Origin: Candidatus Acidiferrales bacterium
Lineage (GTDB): Bacteria; Acidobacteriota; Terriglobia; Acidiferrales; UBA7541
Length of the DNA stretch: 64,000 nucleotides
Reading direction: 5' to 3'
Assembly (NCBI GenBank): GCA_049787175.1
Contig: JBAQYT010000135.1
Coordinates: forward strand, 2,548-66,547
Numbering within the stretch: the stretch's first letter is position 1; every line of letters starts with the position of its first letter. Shown here piece by piece: positions 38,595 through 47,552 of this stretch. Made by a program: the position numbers and the translations under genes. The notes below the pieces were generated by a model that worked only from the letters and a program-made list of their open reading frames with translations, made no database searches and was not told the origin of the DNA.

Positions 38595-38936
38595 CTATTG
38601 CTGGCCGCTGAAGTCGAATTCGATCACTTCTGTTGTTTCTTTCGGCCCAGGTTCAAATTTCCAGTTTTTTAACGCCTTCATCGCAGACTCAATCAACAGC
38701 GGACTGCCGCCCACCGCGCGGGTGGTTTTCACGTGGCCGTCGGGCTCCACGATTGCTTCTATTTTTACTTTGCCGGTGATGTTCATTTGCCGAGCGAGGT
38801 TGGGATAATCGGGTACAACTCGACGGCTGACCTTTCGCTTCGTGGCTGAATCTTGGGCCGAAGCGAGCGGCGTGAGCAAGAGTCCCGCCGCCACTAAGAC
38901 TAGGCTGAAACCCAAGAGTTTCTTTGTGAGGTTCAC
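38595..38936 (-). CDS. Small exported TonB C-terminal-domain protein, first gene of chemosensory operon 1
   Basis: 'VVPDYPNLARQMNITGKVKIEAIVEPDGHVKTTRAVGGSPLLIESAMKALKNWKFEP' is a TonB_C fold signature. Signal peptide 'LLGFSLVLVAAGLLLTPLASA'. I chose the GTG start at 38936, with AAGGAG 6 nt upstream. The ATG at 39017 would lie upstream of the predicted promoter. Confidence 0.7.
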   Translation of the reverse strand: MNLTKKLLGFSLVLVAAGLLLTPLASAQDSATKRKVSRRVVPDYPNLARQMNITGKVKIEAIVEPDGHVKTTRAVGGSPLLIESAMKALKNWKFEPGPKETTEVIEFDFSGQQ

Positions 38937-38978
38937 GGACTTCTCCTTGGATGGGCCTGAATATCCGTAATCCCTGAA

Positions 38979-38994
38979 TGCAAAGCATGGACCA
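38979..38994 (-). promoter_or_regulatory. Sigma-54 (-24/-12) promoter candidate for the TonB-C/MCP/che operon
   Basis: The minus strand reads TGGTCCATGCTTTGCA against the consensus TGGCACG-N4-TTGCW. GG and GC have the exact spacing, and the -12 element TTGCA is complete. The element ends 42 nt upstream of the GTG start. A sigma-54 activator is encoded 2.6 kb away. Confidence 0.55.
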
Positions 38995-39484
38995 GTTCCG
39001 ATGCTGCAATTATTCATGCAGGCGGGAGCCTCGACGAGTTCGTAAGACTAATAGAAACAGTAACTTACAATTTAACATGGACTACAGCCTCGATGCCGTG
39101 CTTTGGCCATTTCGTCTCATCCGCCTGGCGATACCTGTGTAAGCGTCTCATGTTGAGAGACGGAGCTGGCAGCGACTGATACATAGTTCAGCAACTCGCG
39201 CGGCGCACTTGTTGACTCAAAATGAGATGGAGGGCTACCGTTGAAGTGTTTCTCAAACTTCAAGATTGGCGCGCAGGCCCCCTAGTCTCCATGCGTGCAC
39301 GGTTGCGGTTCAGAGTCCTCTCGTCTAGCGACGAAGGCAGCGTCGAGCGCCTTCTTGCACAGTTGTGCATTTTCGCCCGCCATCGCAAGGCGCAAGATTT
39401 GGTTTCCTTTGTTTGCCGCACTACAAAAGCCTTTTTCTGGATCGACTGGGCGCGCTATAGGCGGATGGAGTGCGAGTGGCCGTC

Positions 39485-41500
39485 ATGAAGAAGCACGCCA
39501 AAAGGAGCGCATCCGCGCCGAATTCCATCCGGTCCAGGCGCAGAGAAGCGACCGCGGACGACGCCGTGGAGCTTCGAGCGCGAAGCTTGATGAATCTGGC
39601 GCTGGAGCTGAAGCCATCGCTGCGCCTGCCAGAATTTGTTGGCCGGTTCACCTGTCGAGCGGGAGAAATTCTGGGAGCACGAGCGGCGATCCTGGCGCTC
39701 ACTCGCGGCACGCAACTCGAAACGGTTCTTGCGAACGATTTGCGCGGTCCTGGCCGCGAGCTTGACTGGCCAAGCCTGAATGCCGCTCTCACGAAGCTTG
39801 TCCAAGAGTATCAGGAACCGATTCTATTGGGTTCTGCAACAGCACTTCTCGGAGCGTCTCTGGCGCGCAGCTTTGGATGGCATGATCTTTGTTTCGTGCG
39901 CCTGGCCGGGACGGAAGGCGACCTTTTGGGCGCCCTCTGCCTGGTCGACCGCGCGAAAGATCTGTCCGATGCAGACCGAAACTTAGTGCAGGCGCTGGCC
40001 GGGCACGCTTCCGTCGCGTTGGAAAATTCGCGGCTTTTTTCGCGTATCGAACACTCCAAACGGCAGTGGGTTGAAGATTTCGACGCGATCAGCGACCTGA
40101 TCGTGGTTCACGATCCTAGCAATGTGATCTTGCGAATCAATCGTCCCCTTGCCGATGCGGTGGGTTCGCGGCCGTCCGAACTGGTTGGGAAAAGTACGCG
40201 AGCACTCAGTGGCATCGCCGCGGATTCGTCCGTTCTCGCTTGCCCGTTTTGCCGGGAGTCGGAGCATACAGCGGAAGAGTCTGTGTTTACATCGGGCGCC
40301 CGCGCGTTCCTGATTTCCACGTCGCGGATCGGTTCGGGAGAGGAAGGCTCGCGCACGATCCATATCTTGAAAGACATCACCGAACAGCGCCGGTATCAGA
40401 CACAGCTTCAGCGCGAGCGCGACTTCAATACCAAAATACTTAACAATACACAGAGCATGATTCTGGTGCTCGATACGGCCGGCTTAGTCAGCTATGCCAA
40501 CCGGCGGTGCTATGAATCCGGTTACGCCAAGGAAGACCTGCTCGGCCGCGCGTTCGCAGAATTCATTCCGCGAAACCGACGGGGGCAATTCGATCGGACT
40601 TTTGAGAGCGCACTTCGCGGAGTGGCTTCGGAAAACATGGAGCTTCCGGTGCTGCGCGGGAATCGCAGCACCGGGCAATTCTCCATCAGCCTGAGCCCCA
40701 TGCGCGATGAGCAAGGGCACGTCAACAGCATCGTGGTTGTGCTCGCCGATATCACGGACGCCGCTGTTTTGCAGGCGCAGCTCCGGCACAGCGAAAAAAT
40801 GGCCGCCGTCGGCCAGCTCGTTGCCGGCGTGGCTCACGAAATCAATAATCCGCTTGCGGCGATTGTTGGGTACTCGGACCTGCTTCTGGAAAACACCAGC
40901 GTGCCGGAATCGGCGAAGGAGGAGCTGCGCATCGTGCTGAAGGAAGCGGAGCGCACAAAGGAAATTGTGCAAAATCTCCTGCGATTCGCGCGGCAAATGC
41001 CCGCCAAGCGTGAAGCTCTAGACATTCATGGTGTTTTGCGTCAAGTGCTGCAATTGCGCACGTATGGCGCCACGGGCGATGGCGTGGAAGTGATCGAGCG
41101 CTTCGACAAGCTGGTTCCGCAGGTTTTCGGCGATGGGCACCAGTTGCAACAGGTGTTTCTGAATATTCTGAATAACGCCTATGACGCGATTCGCGAAGCT
41201 TGCCGCGCCGGCAAAATAGAGATTGCCACGCGTGAACGCAACGGCGTGGTGGAGATCGCGGTGCGCGACAATGGCATCGGCATTTCCGATAGCGCGCGAA
41301 TTTTTGAGCCCTTTTACACAACGAAAGAAGTCGGCAAAGGAACCGGTTTGGGACTGAGCATTTGCTACGGCATCGTGAGAGAACACGGTGGCGATGTGAT
41401 TTGCGAAAACAATGCCGATGGGATGGGATGTACATTTTTTGTCCGGCTTCCGGCGGTTAACGCCGCGGAAACGGCTTCGGTGGCGGGTACGACCCGTTAG
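39485..41500 (+). CDS. Sensor histidine kinase (GAF - PAS - PAS - HisKA - HATPase_c), soluble
   Basis: 'AVGQLVAGVAHEINNPLAAIVGYSDLL' (H-box), 'NILNNAYDA' (N-box), 'DNGIGI' and 'GTGLGLSICYGIV' (G-boxes). No TM helix is seen. The start is uncertain (ATG 39485 or GTG 39470). Confidence 0.85.
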   Translation: MKKHAKRSASAPNSIRSRRREATADDAVELRARSLMNLALELKPSLRLPEFVGRFTCRAGEILGARAAILALTRGTQLETVLANDLRGPGRELDWPSLNAALTKLVQEYQEPILLGSATALLGASLARSFGWHDLCFVRLAGTEGDLLGALCLVDRAKDLSDADRNLVQALAGHASVALENSRLFSRIEHSKRQWVEDFDAISDLIVVHDPSNVILRINRPLADAVGSRPSELVGKSTRALSGIAADSSVLACPFCRESEHTAEESVFTSGARAFLISTSRIGSGEEGSRTIHILKDITEQRRYQTQLQRERDFNTKILNNTQSMILVLDTAGLVSYANRRCYESGYAKEDLLGRAFAEFIPRNRRGQFDRTFESALRGVASENMELPVLRGNRSTGQFSISLSPMRDEQGHVNSIVVVLADITDAAVLQAQLRHSEKMAAVGQLVAGVAHEINNPLAAIVGYSDLLLENTSVPESAKEELRIVLKEAERTKEIVQNLLRFARQMPAKREALDIHGVLRQVLQLRTYGATGDGVEVIERFDKLVPQVFGDGHQLQQVFLNILNNAYDAIREACRAGKIEIATRERNGVVEIAVRDNGIGISDSARIFEPFYTTKEVGKGTGLGLSICYGIVREHGGDVICENNADGMGCTFFVRLPAVNAAETASVAGTTR

Positions 41501-41552
41501 TGGCACGCGGGTTGAAGCTTGGGGGAAATTCGGAGAGTAAGAAGGGGAATTA

Positions 41553-42959
41553 ATGTCCAACGATTTGCGTATCCGATTTTTGGTGGTTGACGATGAGGCT
41601 TCCATTCGGAAGTTGTGCATGACGATCGGTGAAAAGCTCGGCTTTGCGGTCTCGGAGGCGGAAAATGCGGAAGCCGCGCTGGCTTTGGTGGAGGCGCATT
41701 TGCCGGAAGTGGTTATCGCAGACCTGAAATTGCCGCAGATGAGCGGGGTCGAGCTGCTGCGTCAGATCAAGCATCTTCTTCCCGCCACTGAAGTGGCCAT
41801 CATGACGGGCCACGGCACCGTAGAATCAGCGGTCGATGCCATGAAACTGGGCGCATACGATTACATCGAGAAACCTTTTCGTGTCGAGAAACTGCGATCC
41901 CTGCTGCAGCGCATGGCGGAAAAAGTGAGCCTCGTTGCCGAGAATCAGTTTCTGCGGGAGCGCATGGACGCGGAGACGCGCCTGGATGGTATTGTCGGGA
42001 CGTCCACAAAAATCCAGGACGTGCTGCGCATGGTGGCGCGGCTGAAAGATTCACCGGCTCCTGTTTTGATCGTCGGCGAAAGCGGGACGGGCAAAGAACT
42101 GGTCGCGCGCGCCATCCATTTTCGCGGGCCTTTGGCGCAAAGGCCTTTCGTCGCCGTTGATTGCGGCGCGCTGGTTCCCACTTTGATGGAAAGCGAGCTC
42201 TTCGGCCACGAAAAGGGCGCTTTCACCGGAGCGCTCAAGTCGAAGGCGGGCCTCTTCCAGGCGGCGAATGGTGGAACAATATTTCTGGACGAAATTGGCG
42301 AGCTTCCCCTGGAAATGCAGGCCAAACTGCTGCGCGTGCTGCAAGAGAAGGAAGTGCGACCGGTCGGCAGCAACGAAAGCGTCGCCGTGGACGTGCGCGT
42401 GATCGCGGCGACCAACCGAGATCTGGAAGCAGCGTATCGCGCCGGCGCATTTCGGAAGGATTTGTTCTTCCGGCTGAATGTGGTGATCGTGCACATGCCC
42501 GCATTGCGCGAACGCCGCGCGGACATTCCCGTGCTGGTGCGGTCCTTTCTGGAGCGCCACGCCGCCGGCGAAAACGTTCAGATCAGTGCAGCGGTGATGA
42601 AAGCGTTCCTGCAGTACGATTGGCCCGGCAACATTCGAGAACTGGAGAATTGCATAGCCCGTGCTCTGGCTTTGGGCGACCGGCAGTCGATTGGGTTGAA
42701 CGATCTTCCGCCTGCGCTTCGCTCCAGCGAAGAAACGGACTTTTCAACCGAGGACTCTCGGGTGCTTGCTTCCACGGCCCTTGCCGACATGGAGCGCATG
42801 ACGATCATTCGCGTTTTCGAGCAAGTGGGCGGCGATAAGGCGCTGGCCGGCAAGATGCTTGGAATCAGCCGCGCGACGTTGTATCGCAAACTGAAGCTGT
42901 ATCAGATTCCACTGCGGCAGTCCCGGAAGATGGTTGCGGCCGCAGCGCCGGAGCAGTAG
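41553..42959 (+). CDS. Sigma-54-dependent response regulator (REC - AAA+ - Fis HTH; NtrC family)
   Basis: REC 'FLVVDDEASIRK...VIADLKLPQMSG'. Walker A 'GESGTGKE'. Sigma-54 contact loop 'GAFTGA' in 'EKGAFTGALKS'. 'FRKDLFFRLNV'. C-terminal HTH 'AAGKMLGISRATLYRKLK'. Confidence 0.93.
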   Translation: MSNDLRIRFLVVDDEASIRKLCMTIGEKLGFAVSEAENAEAALALVEAHLPEVVIADLKLPQMSGVELLRQIKHLLPATEVAIMTGHGTVESAVDAMKLGAYDYIEKPFRVEKLRSLLQRMAEKVSLVAENQFLRERMDAETRLDGIVGTSTKIQDVLRMVARLKDSPAPVLIVGESGTGKELVARAIHFRGPLAQRPFVAVDCGALVPTLMESELFGHEKGAFTGALKSKAGLFQAANGGTIFLDEIGELPLEMQAKLLRVLQEKEVRPVGSNESVAVDVRVIAATNRDLEAAYRAGAFRKDLFFRLNVVIVHMPALRERRADIPVLVRSFLERHAAGENVQISAAVMKAFLQYDWPGNIRELENCIARALALGDRQSIGLNDLPPALRSSEETDFSTEDSRVLASTALADMERMTIIRVFEQVGGDKALAGKMLGISRATLYRKLKLYQIPLRQSRKMVAAAAPEQ

Positions 42960-43115
42960 TGCTTTCGCAGCATTTGTCTCACGATGGCCAGCACGGCGCA
43001 CCAGTTAGTGAGACATTTTCGTCGCAGGGTGAGACATGCAAGAGATTGCCCGTGCGACGCCTTCCGTAATTGCCGCAATTCCAACGAGTTGAGTTTCCTC
43101 CTGGTGTCCCCGCTT

Positions 43116-43131
43116 TGGCCGCACGCGTGCT
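43116..43131 (+). promoter_or_regulatory. Weaker sigma-54-type promoter candidate upstream of chemosensory operon 2
   Basis: TGGCCGCACGCGTGCT has GG and GC at consensus spacing; -24 matches 4/6 and -12 is GTGCT against TTGCW. It ends 76 nt upstream of ATG 43208. A chance match is plausible in GC-rich DNA. Confidence 0.3.
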
Positions 43132-43207
43132 TTCCTCACTTCATTGCGCCGAGGGCAGGGTGTACTTCGGCTTAGATAGCACTCTGCGCAAGGGGTTCTG
43201 AATTGCC

Positions 43208-44992
43208 ATGACCAAGCTTGCTGGAAAATCCGTCCCGCCCGAACAGGCGACTCCGTCGCTGAGCGAAAAAGCGGAAGCGATCGCGGGCGCTTGGGCCGAA
43301 GCCCGGCTCGTTTATCCGCTTTTTTTCTATTTGGCCACACACTTCCACTTGGCGATTCCGCCTATTCATGATGCTGCGCTTCCTGCCGCTTGTCCCGCTA
43401 CGGAACTATTCGAGCAAGTGATTTGCTGGCTCGACGAAATGGATGCGCAAATCCGGACCAATCAGTTGCGGCAGCTCTTGCACTCACTCAAAGACGTGAG
43501 ACCGGAGAGCTTGCGCGCGCTGATCTTGCGCTTGCTGCGTCACGCCGAAAAATCGGCGACCGATCGCGATAATATCGACCTGCTGCTCGCGACGTATTTC
43601 GCCCTTTGCGCTCCTGAAGATTTGTATGCCTGCGAAATTACGCTTGCCGATGTGGCTCAGGTCCTGCAGAGCGTTCTCGCCGATGCGGATCCCACGGAAC
43701 TCGAATGGTGCGGGCCCCTCAATCAAGTGCTCGATGCGATGAAAGAATGCAGGGGGCTGCGCGAAGTATTTGCCGCGAAACTGCTGGAGAAAGGGCGCGA
43801 ACTGAAGGATGCGGCCGGCTTCATGTTCTATGATCCGGCAGCCCTGGTGGCATTCACACGATTCAATTTTCTGTTGCGCCGCTCGTTTTTCCGCTTGCTC
43901 CACGCGGACTTGCGCGCGATTCGCGAAGGCCTGACCGAGCTTGAGCGCCGCGGCATTTCCACAGTCGATTGCCGCACTGCGGGACTTACTCAACAGGAAC
44001 CCGTGGCGCACCTGCGGGAGATTTCGCTCGCGTGGCGCCAACCCATATCCGCCGATTATGCGGCGGAATCCGCGAACCGAACCTTCGAGCAGCTTCTTAC
44101 TATCCGGGCCGCAGTCGAGCGCGCACTAGGGATCTTACCGGTCGAAGTTAAAGTGCCGGTGATCGGCTCAATTCCGTCGACGGAAAAGCCAAAATCTGTT
44201 TCTGCGCCTCCTGAGCAGCAACCTGTGCCGCGGCAGGCGCACGAATCGAGCGAGAGGCCTACGCCAAAGCCGCGAATTGTCACGTTGCCCAATCGCAATG
44301 AGGCGTCTTCGACGGAGGTTCGTGGCAGCGTGCCATTGCCAGGCGAGCAACCTGTTCGAATTCCTGCGGCGCCAATGGGCCCAACGAAGCCAAGCACACC
44401 AGCAGCACGTTTGCCGGATCATTTGTCAGATCAGGCGCCAGGGCAAGCGCCGGGCGCGGAAATCAAGCCGTCGCTGGCGTCCACTTTGCGGCCAGCGCCT
44501 CCCGTTTCCGCGCTGGCTGACTCTCCTGCGCCACCTGTTGAGCGCGCCGCGATTTCCGGGACTCGCACTGCACCGCCGATGAGCGATGTCCTTTCCCCGG
44601 ATCTGGAAAAGTGCCTCGAAGGCATTTGGGAACAATTGATTGAGGCGCCGCCTACGCGAGGCCGTTCCATGAGCACGGTGACCCTCGGCGATGCCAGGAT
44701 CTTGCTATCTGCATGGGAAGTAAACGCGTTCGTCAGCGACGGCGGACAGCTTTCGGAAGATCTTCGCCGTGCGGTAGCCGCGCGTGCCTTGGTTGCACTG
44801 GCGCGCCAGGAAGAGAAAGTATCTGGCGATCGCACAAAACTCAACGACGCCGTGGCTTTGGGTCGCGAGGAAATGAAGTATTTGCAAGGGCGCGTTGACC
44901 AAGCGCAGCGGACGAAAAACACGGAAGCGGCGGTGAATCTGGGCATCAGCGCCCGGCGCCTGCTTTCCACGATCGAAGAAGCGCAGACGTAA
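43208..44992 (+). CDS. 594-aa orphan protein (helical N-domain, ~150-aa Pro-rich linker, helical C-domain), first gene of chemosensory operon 2
   Basis: Long ORF with the codon bias of its neighbours, followed 58 nt later by the REC gene. I recognise no known motif. The central region 'PSTEKPKSVSAPPEQQPVPRQ...PAPPVSALADSPAPPVE' is low-complexity. Confidence 0.6.
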   Translation: MTKLAGKSVPPEQATPSLSEKAEAIAGAWAEARLVYPLFFYLATHFHLAIPPIHDAALPAACPATELFEQVICWLDEMDAQIRTNQLRQLLHSLKDVRPESLRALILRLLRHAEKSATDRDNIDLLLATYFALCAPEDLYACEITLADVAQVLQSVLADADPTELEWCGPLNQVLDAMKECRGLREVFAAKLLEKGRELKDAAGFMFYDPAALVAFTRFNFLLRRSFFRLLHADLRAIREGLTELERRGISTVDCRTAGLTQQEPVAHLREISLAWRQPISADYAAESANRTFEQLLTIRAAVERALGILPVEVKVPVIGSIPSTEKPKSVSAPPEQQPVPRQAHESSERPTPKPRIVTLPNRNEASSTEVRGSVPLPGEQPVRIPAAPMGPTKPSTPAARLPDHLSDQAPGQAPGAEIKPSLASTLRPAPPVSALADSPAPPVERAAISGTRTAPPMSDVLSPDLEKCLEGIWEQLIEAPPTRGRSMSTVTLGDARILLSAWEVNAFVSDGGQLSEDLRRAVAARALVALARQEEKVSGDRTKLNDAVALGREEMKYLQGRVDQAQRTKNTEAAVNLGISARRLLSTIEEAQT

Positions 44993-45050
44993 ACAGTTAG
45001 TTGGCTCGGCTGGCGGAGTTGTTGCCGTGGCCTTGTCCCGGGAGGTTTAT

Positions 45051-45413
45051 GTGTTGAAAAAGGTTCTTGTCGTCGACGACTCCGTTGCAGCCGTGAAAAT
45101 GATGCAGGGAATGCTCGAGCAGGGCGGCTATGTATCTGTCGGCCTGAGCGATCCACTGCGGATCGAAGAGGCTATCACCACGGAGCATCCCGGTCTCATT
45201 CTTCTGGATGTGGTCATGCCGCAGCGCAACGGTTTTCAAATCTGCCGCGACCTGAAAGGGAACACATTGTTTGGCGGTATTCCTGTGATTCTGGTCAGTT
45301 CGAAAAATACCTCGAGCGACAAGTTCTGGGGACAACAGCAAGGCGCGGACGCGTATATTGCCAAGCCTTTTACCGCCGAGGAACTCTTGGAAACGGTGCG
45401 GAGATTTGCCTGA
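45051..45413 (+). CDS. Single-domain response regulator (PilG/PilH-like position)
   Basis: 'VLVVDDSVAAVK', 'LILLDVVMPQRNG', 'VILVSSK' and 'YIAKPF'. GTG 45051 has GGAGG 5 nt upstream; the track ORF begins at an in-frame GTG at 45027. Confidence 0.85.
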   Translation: MLKKVLVVDDSVAAVKMMQGMLEQGGYVSVGLSDPLRIEEAITTEHPGLILLDVVMPQRNGFQICRDLKGNTLFGGIPVILVSSKNTSSDKFWGQQQGADAYIAKPFTAEELLETVRRFA

Positions 45414-45988
45414 TGCTTGATGATTACAAGCCGGACCACAGCTTCGAACAGGAGCGTGAGCTCGCCGCCATCGAGCCTGATAGCGGCGAGATGCTCGATT
45501 TTCCAGAGACGATCGAGCCGTTCGATGCGGCTTCGCTTAGCGAGCGCAGCCCGGAGAGCCAGTACTGCGTGTTTCGCGCGGGCCGCGAACGTTTTTGCCT
45601 TTCTGTTCTTGCGATTGAAGAAGTCGTGGGATGGCCTCCGGTGACACGGGTTCCGCTCGCCCCGTCGTTCTTGATGGGTGTTTTCAACTTGCGCGGCTCC
45701 ATTGTTCCGCTGGTTGACATTGCCTTCACCGAAGGCCGCCGGGCCGGGCTGCTGCCGCGACACGTGGTCGTTGCAGCATTGCGGGACGATGCCAGCGCAA
45801 CCAATCTTCGTTTCGGCATTGCCGCCGACGAAGTGATCGGTACTTACACTGCGGCGGACGACTCGCTGCTTGACCAAATGCCCAGCGAGATTCCGCATTG
45901 CCGCGGCATGCTGCGTCACGATGACCGCCTGGCGCTGGTGCTCGATTTAAAGAAAATGATCGAAGTATTTCCGGTGCCCGTCATATGA
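45413..45988 (+). CDS. CheW-like coupling protein (PilI-like position)
   Basis: 'YCVFRAGRERFCLSVLAIEEVV', 'GVFNLRGSIVPLVDI' and 'LRFGIAADEVIG'. The start overlaps the preceding stop (TGATG). Confidence 0.8.
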   Translation: MLDDYKPDHSFEQERELAAIEPDSGEMLDFPETIEPFDAASLSERSPESQYCVFRAGRERFCLSVLAIEEVVGWPPVTRVPLAPSFLMGVFNLRGSIVPLVDIAFTEGRRAGLLPRHVVVAALRDDASATNLRFGIAADEVIGTYTAADDSLLDQMPSEIPHCRGMLRHDDRLALVLDLKKMIEVFPVPVI

Positions 45989-46063
45989 GCTCGCAGGGAT
46001 CGCATTGTTTTGAATACCGCCGCTTTGGACGCGGCCATCAAGCTTTTCGATTTGGAGGATGTT

Positions 46064-47518
46064 ATGAAATCGCGTCTTAGCTCGACCATCTGGACCTTAA
46101 TTCTGTGGGATGCGGCCGCGCTCGGCGGAGTTCTCGGCCTCGCGTTCCATGCAGGCGCCGCAGCGAGTGGGCAGTCGTTCGCCAATTTTTCGGCGCTTCC
46201 GAGCGGGGCGTCGACAAGCCTGCTTTGCGCCGGGGGGCTGGCGATTGCGACGTTTCTGCTGCACGTGATCCTGCTGCCGAAGCGCGTGATCGCGCCGCTG
46301 ACAGAACTCGCGAGCTTTTCCGAGAAGCTCGCGGCTGGCGACGCTCGCGCGAAAGCGGAGATTGCGTCGTCGGATGAGTTCGGCTTTATCGCTGAGAATT
46401 TGAATCGTAGCGCGGCGAAAGTGGCGCGTTCGTCGGTGAGCCAGGAAGCGTCAGAATCATTGCAACGGAGCATCACTGACCTGCTCAACTTGATCAATCA
46501 GGTTTCGCGCGGCGATTTGACGATGCGCGGCAGAGTGACCAACGATGCGCTTGGCAACGTCACTGACTCGGTGAACTTGATGCTCGACAATTTCACGAAA
46601 GTCATCGAGCGCGTTCGCAAAGCGGCGATCGACGTCAACAACAGCGCCGGACACATTCTGTTTGCCGCCGACGAAATGACCACGGGCGCAACACAGCAGG
46701 ACCAAGAAATCACTAATACTTCGTCAGCCGTGGAAGAGCTGACGGTGTCGATGAAACAGGTGTCGAACAACGCCGAAGCCAGCGCGGAAGCCGCACGGCG
46801 CGCGCTGGACGCCGCGGAACAGGGCAACCGCGCCGTCCGCGACACACTCGAGGGCATGCAGCGCATTCGTGCTTCGGTGCAAGCGACGGCCAAGAAAATC
46901 AAATCGCTTGGCGACCGTTCGCTGGAAATTTCGGAAATCATCAATGTGATCAACGACATTACGGAACAGACCAACCTGCTGGCGCTCAACGCCGCCATCG
47001 AAGCAGCGCGCGCGGGCGAGGCGGGCCGCGGGTTCGCGGTGGTCGCCGACGAAGTTCGCAAGCTTGCCGAGCACTCACGCAGCGCGACAAAGGACATCGC
47101 GGCACTGATCAAAGCCATTCAGGCCGAGACGAACGAAGCGGTGGTCGTCATGGAAGAAGGCACAAAGGAAGTGGAAGTCGGCGCCAGCCTGGCCGATCAA
47201 GCGGGAAAAGCGCTGGAAGCGATCTCCAGTGTCGTACGCCAATCCGCCGAACTCGTGCAGGAGATTTCGCTAGCCTCGAAACAACAGGTGCGAGGCACGG
47301 AAGGCGTGGCCAACGCGATGCAAATTATTTCCGGAATCACGCGGCAGACTTCGCAGGGGGCGCGGCAAACGGTGGCGACGGTGGGCGACATGGTGAAGCT
47401 CTCCGAACAGTTGAATGAAGCCCTGGCTCAGTTCCGCTCCGGATCGAAAAATGGTTCAGAGACTGCGGCGGCCGACGAATCCCGGTCCGTACCGGTGCCT
47501 ATAGGTGCCCGCCGCTAG
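46064..47518 (+). CDS. Methyl-accepting chemotaxis protein with minimal extracytoplasmic loop (PilJ-like position)
   Basis: Two TM helices separated by about 25 aa, then HAMP ('[18 protein letters not shown]...[10 protein letters not shown]') and an MA domain ('[38 protein letters not shown]'). ATG 46064 has GGAGGA 4 nt upstream; the track ORF starts at TTG 46010. Confidence 0.9.
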   Translation: MKSRLSSTIWTLILWDAAALGGVLGLAFHAGAAASGQSFANFSALPSGASTSLLCAGGLAIATFLLHVILLPKRVIAPLTELASFSEKLAAGDARAKAEIASSDEFGFIAENLNRSAAKVARSSVSQEASESLQRSITDLLNLINQVSRGDLTMRGRVTNDALGNVTDSVNLMLDNFTKVIERVRKAAIDVNNSAGHILFAADEMTTGATQQDQEITNTSSAVEELTVSMKQVSNNAEASAEAARRALDAAEQGNRAVRDTLEGMQRIRASVQATAKKIKSLGDRSLEISEIINVINDITEQTNLLALNAAIEAARAGEAGRGFAVVADEVRKLAEHSRSATKDIAALIKAIQAETNEAVVVMEEGTKEVEVGASLADQAGKALEAISSVVRQSAELVQEISLASKQQVRGTEGVANAMQIISGITRQTSQGARQTVATVGDMVKLSEQLNEALAQFRSGSKNGSETAAADESRSVPVPIGARR

Positions 47519-47552
47519 GCATTCGATTGTGATTCACTAACGCGCGCCGAAT

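Noticed and set aside
39222-39765. ORFs 39222..39488 and 39295..39765 (+) and 39421..39805 (-) around the kinase 5' end
   Set aside because: They overlap one another and the divergent regulatory region or kinase gene, have no motifs, and have an Arg/Ser-rich composition. They are more likely non-coding or alternative frames.
42985-43000. Another GG-N10-GC match (TGGCCAGCACGGCGCA) just after the sigma-54 activator stop
   Set aside because: The -12 element GCGCA is poor, and the match lies more than 200 nt from the next start codon. It is probably a chance match in GC-rich sequence.
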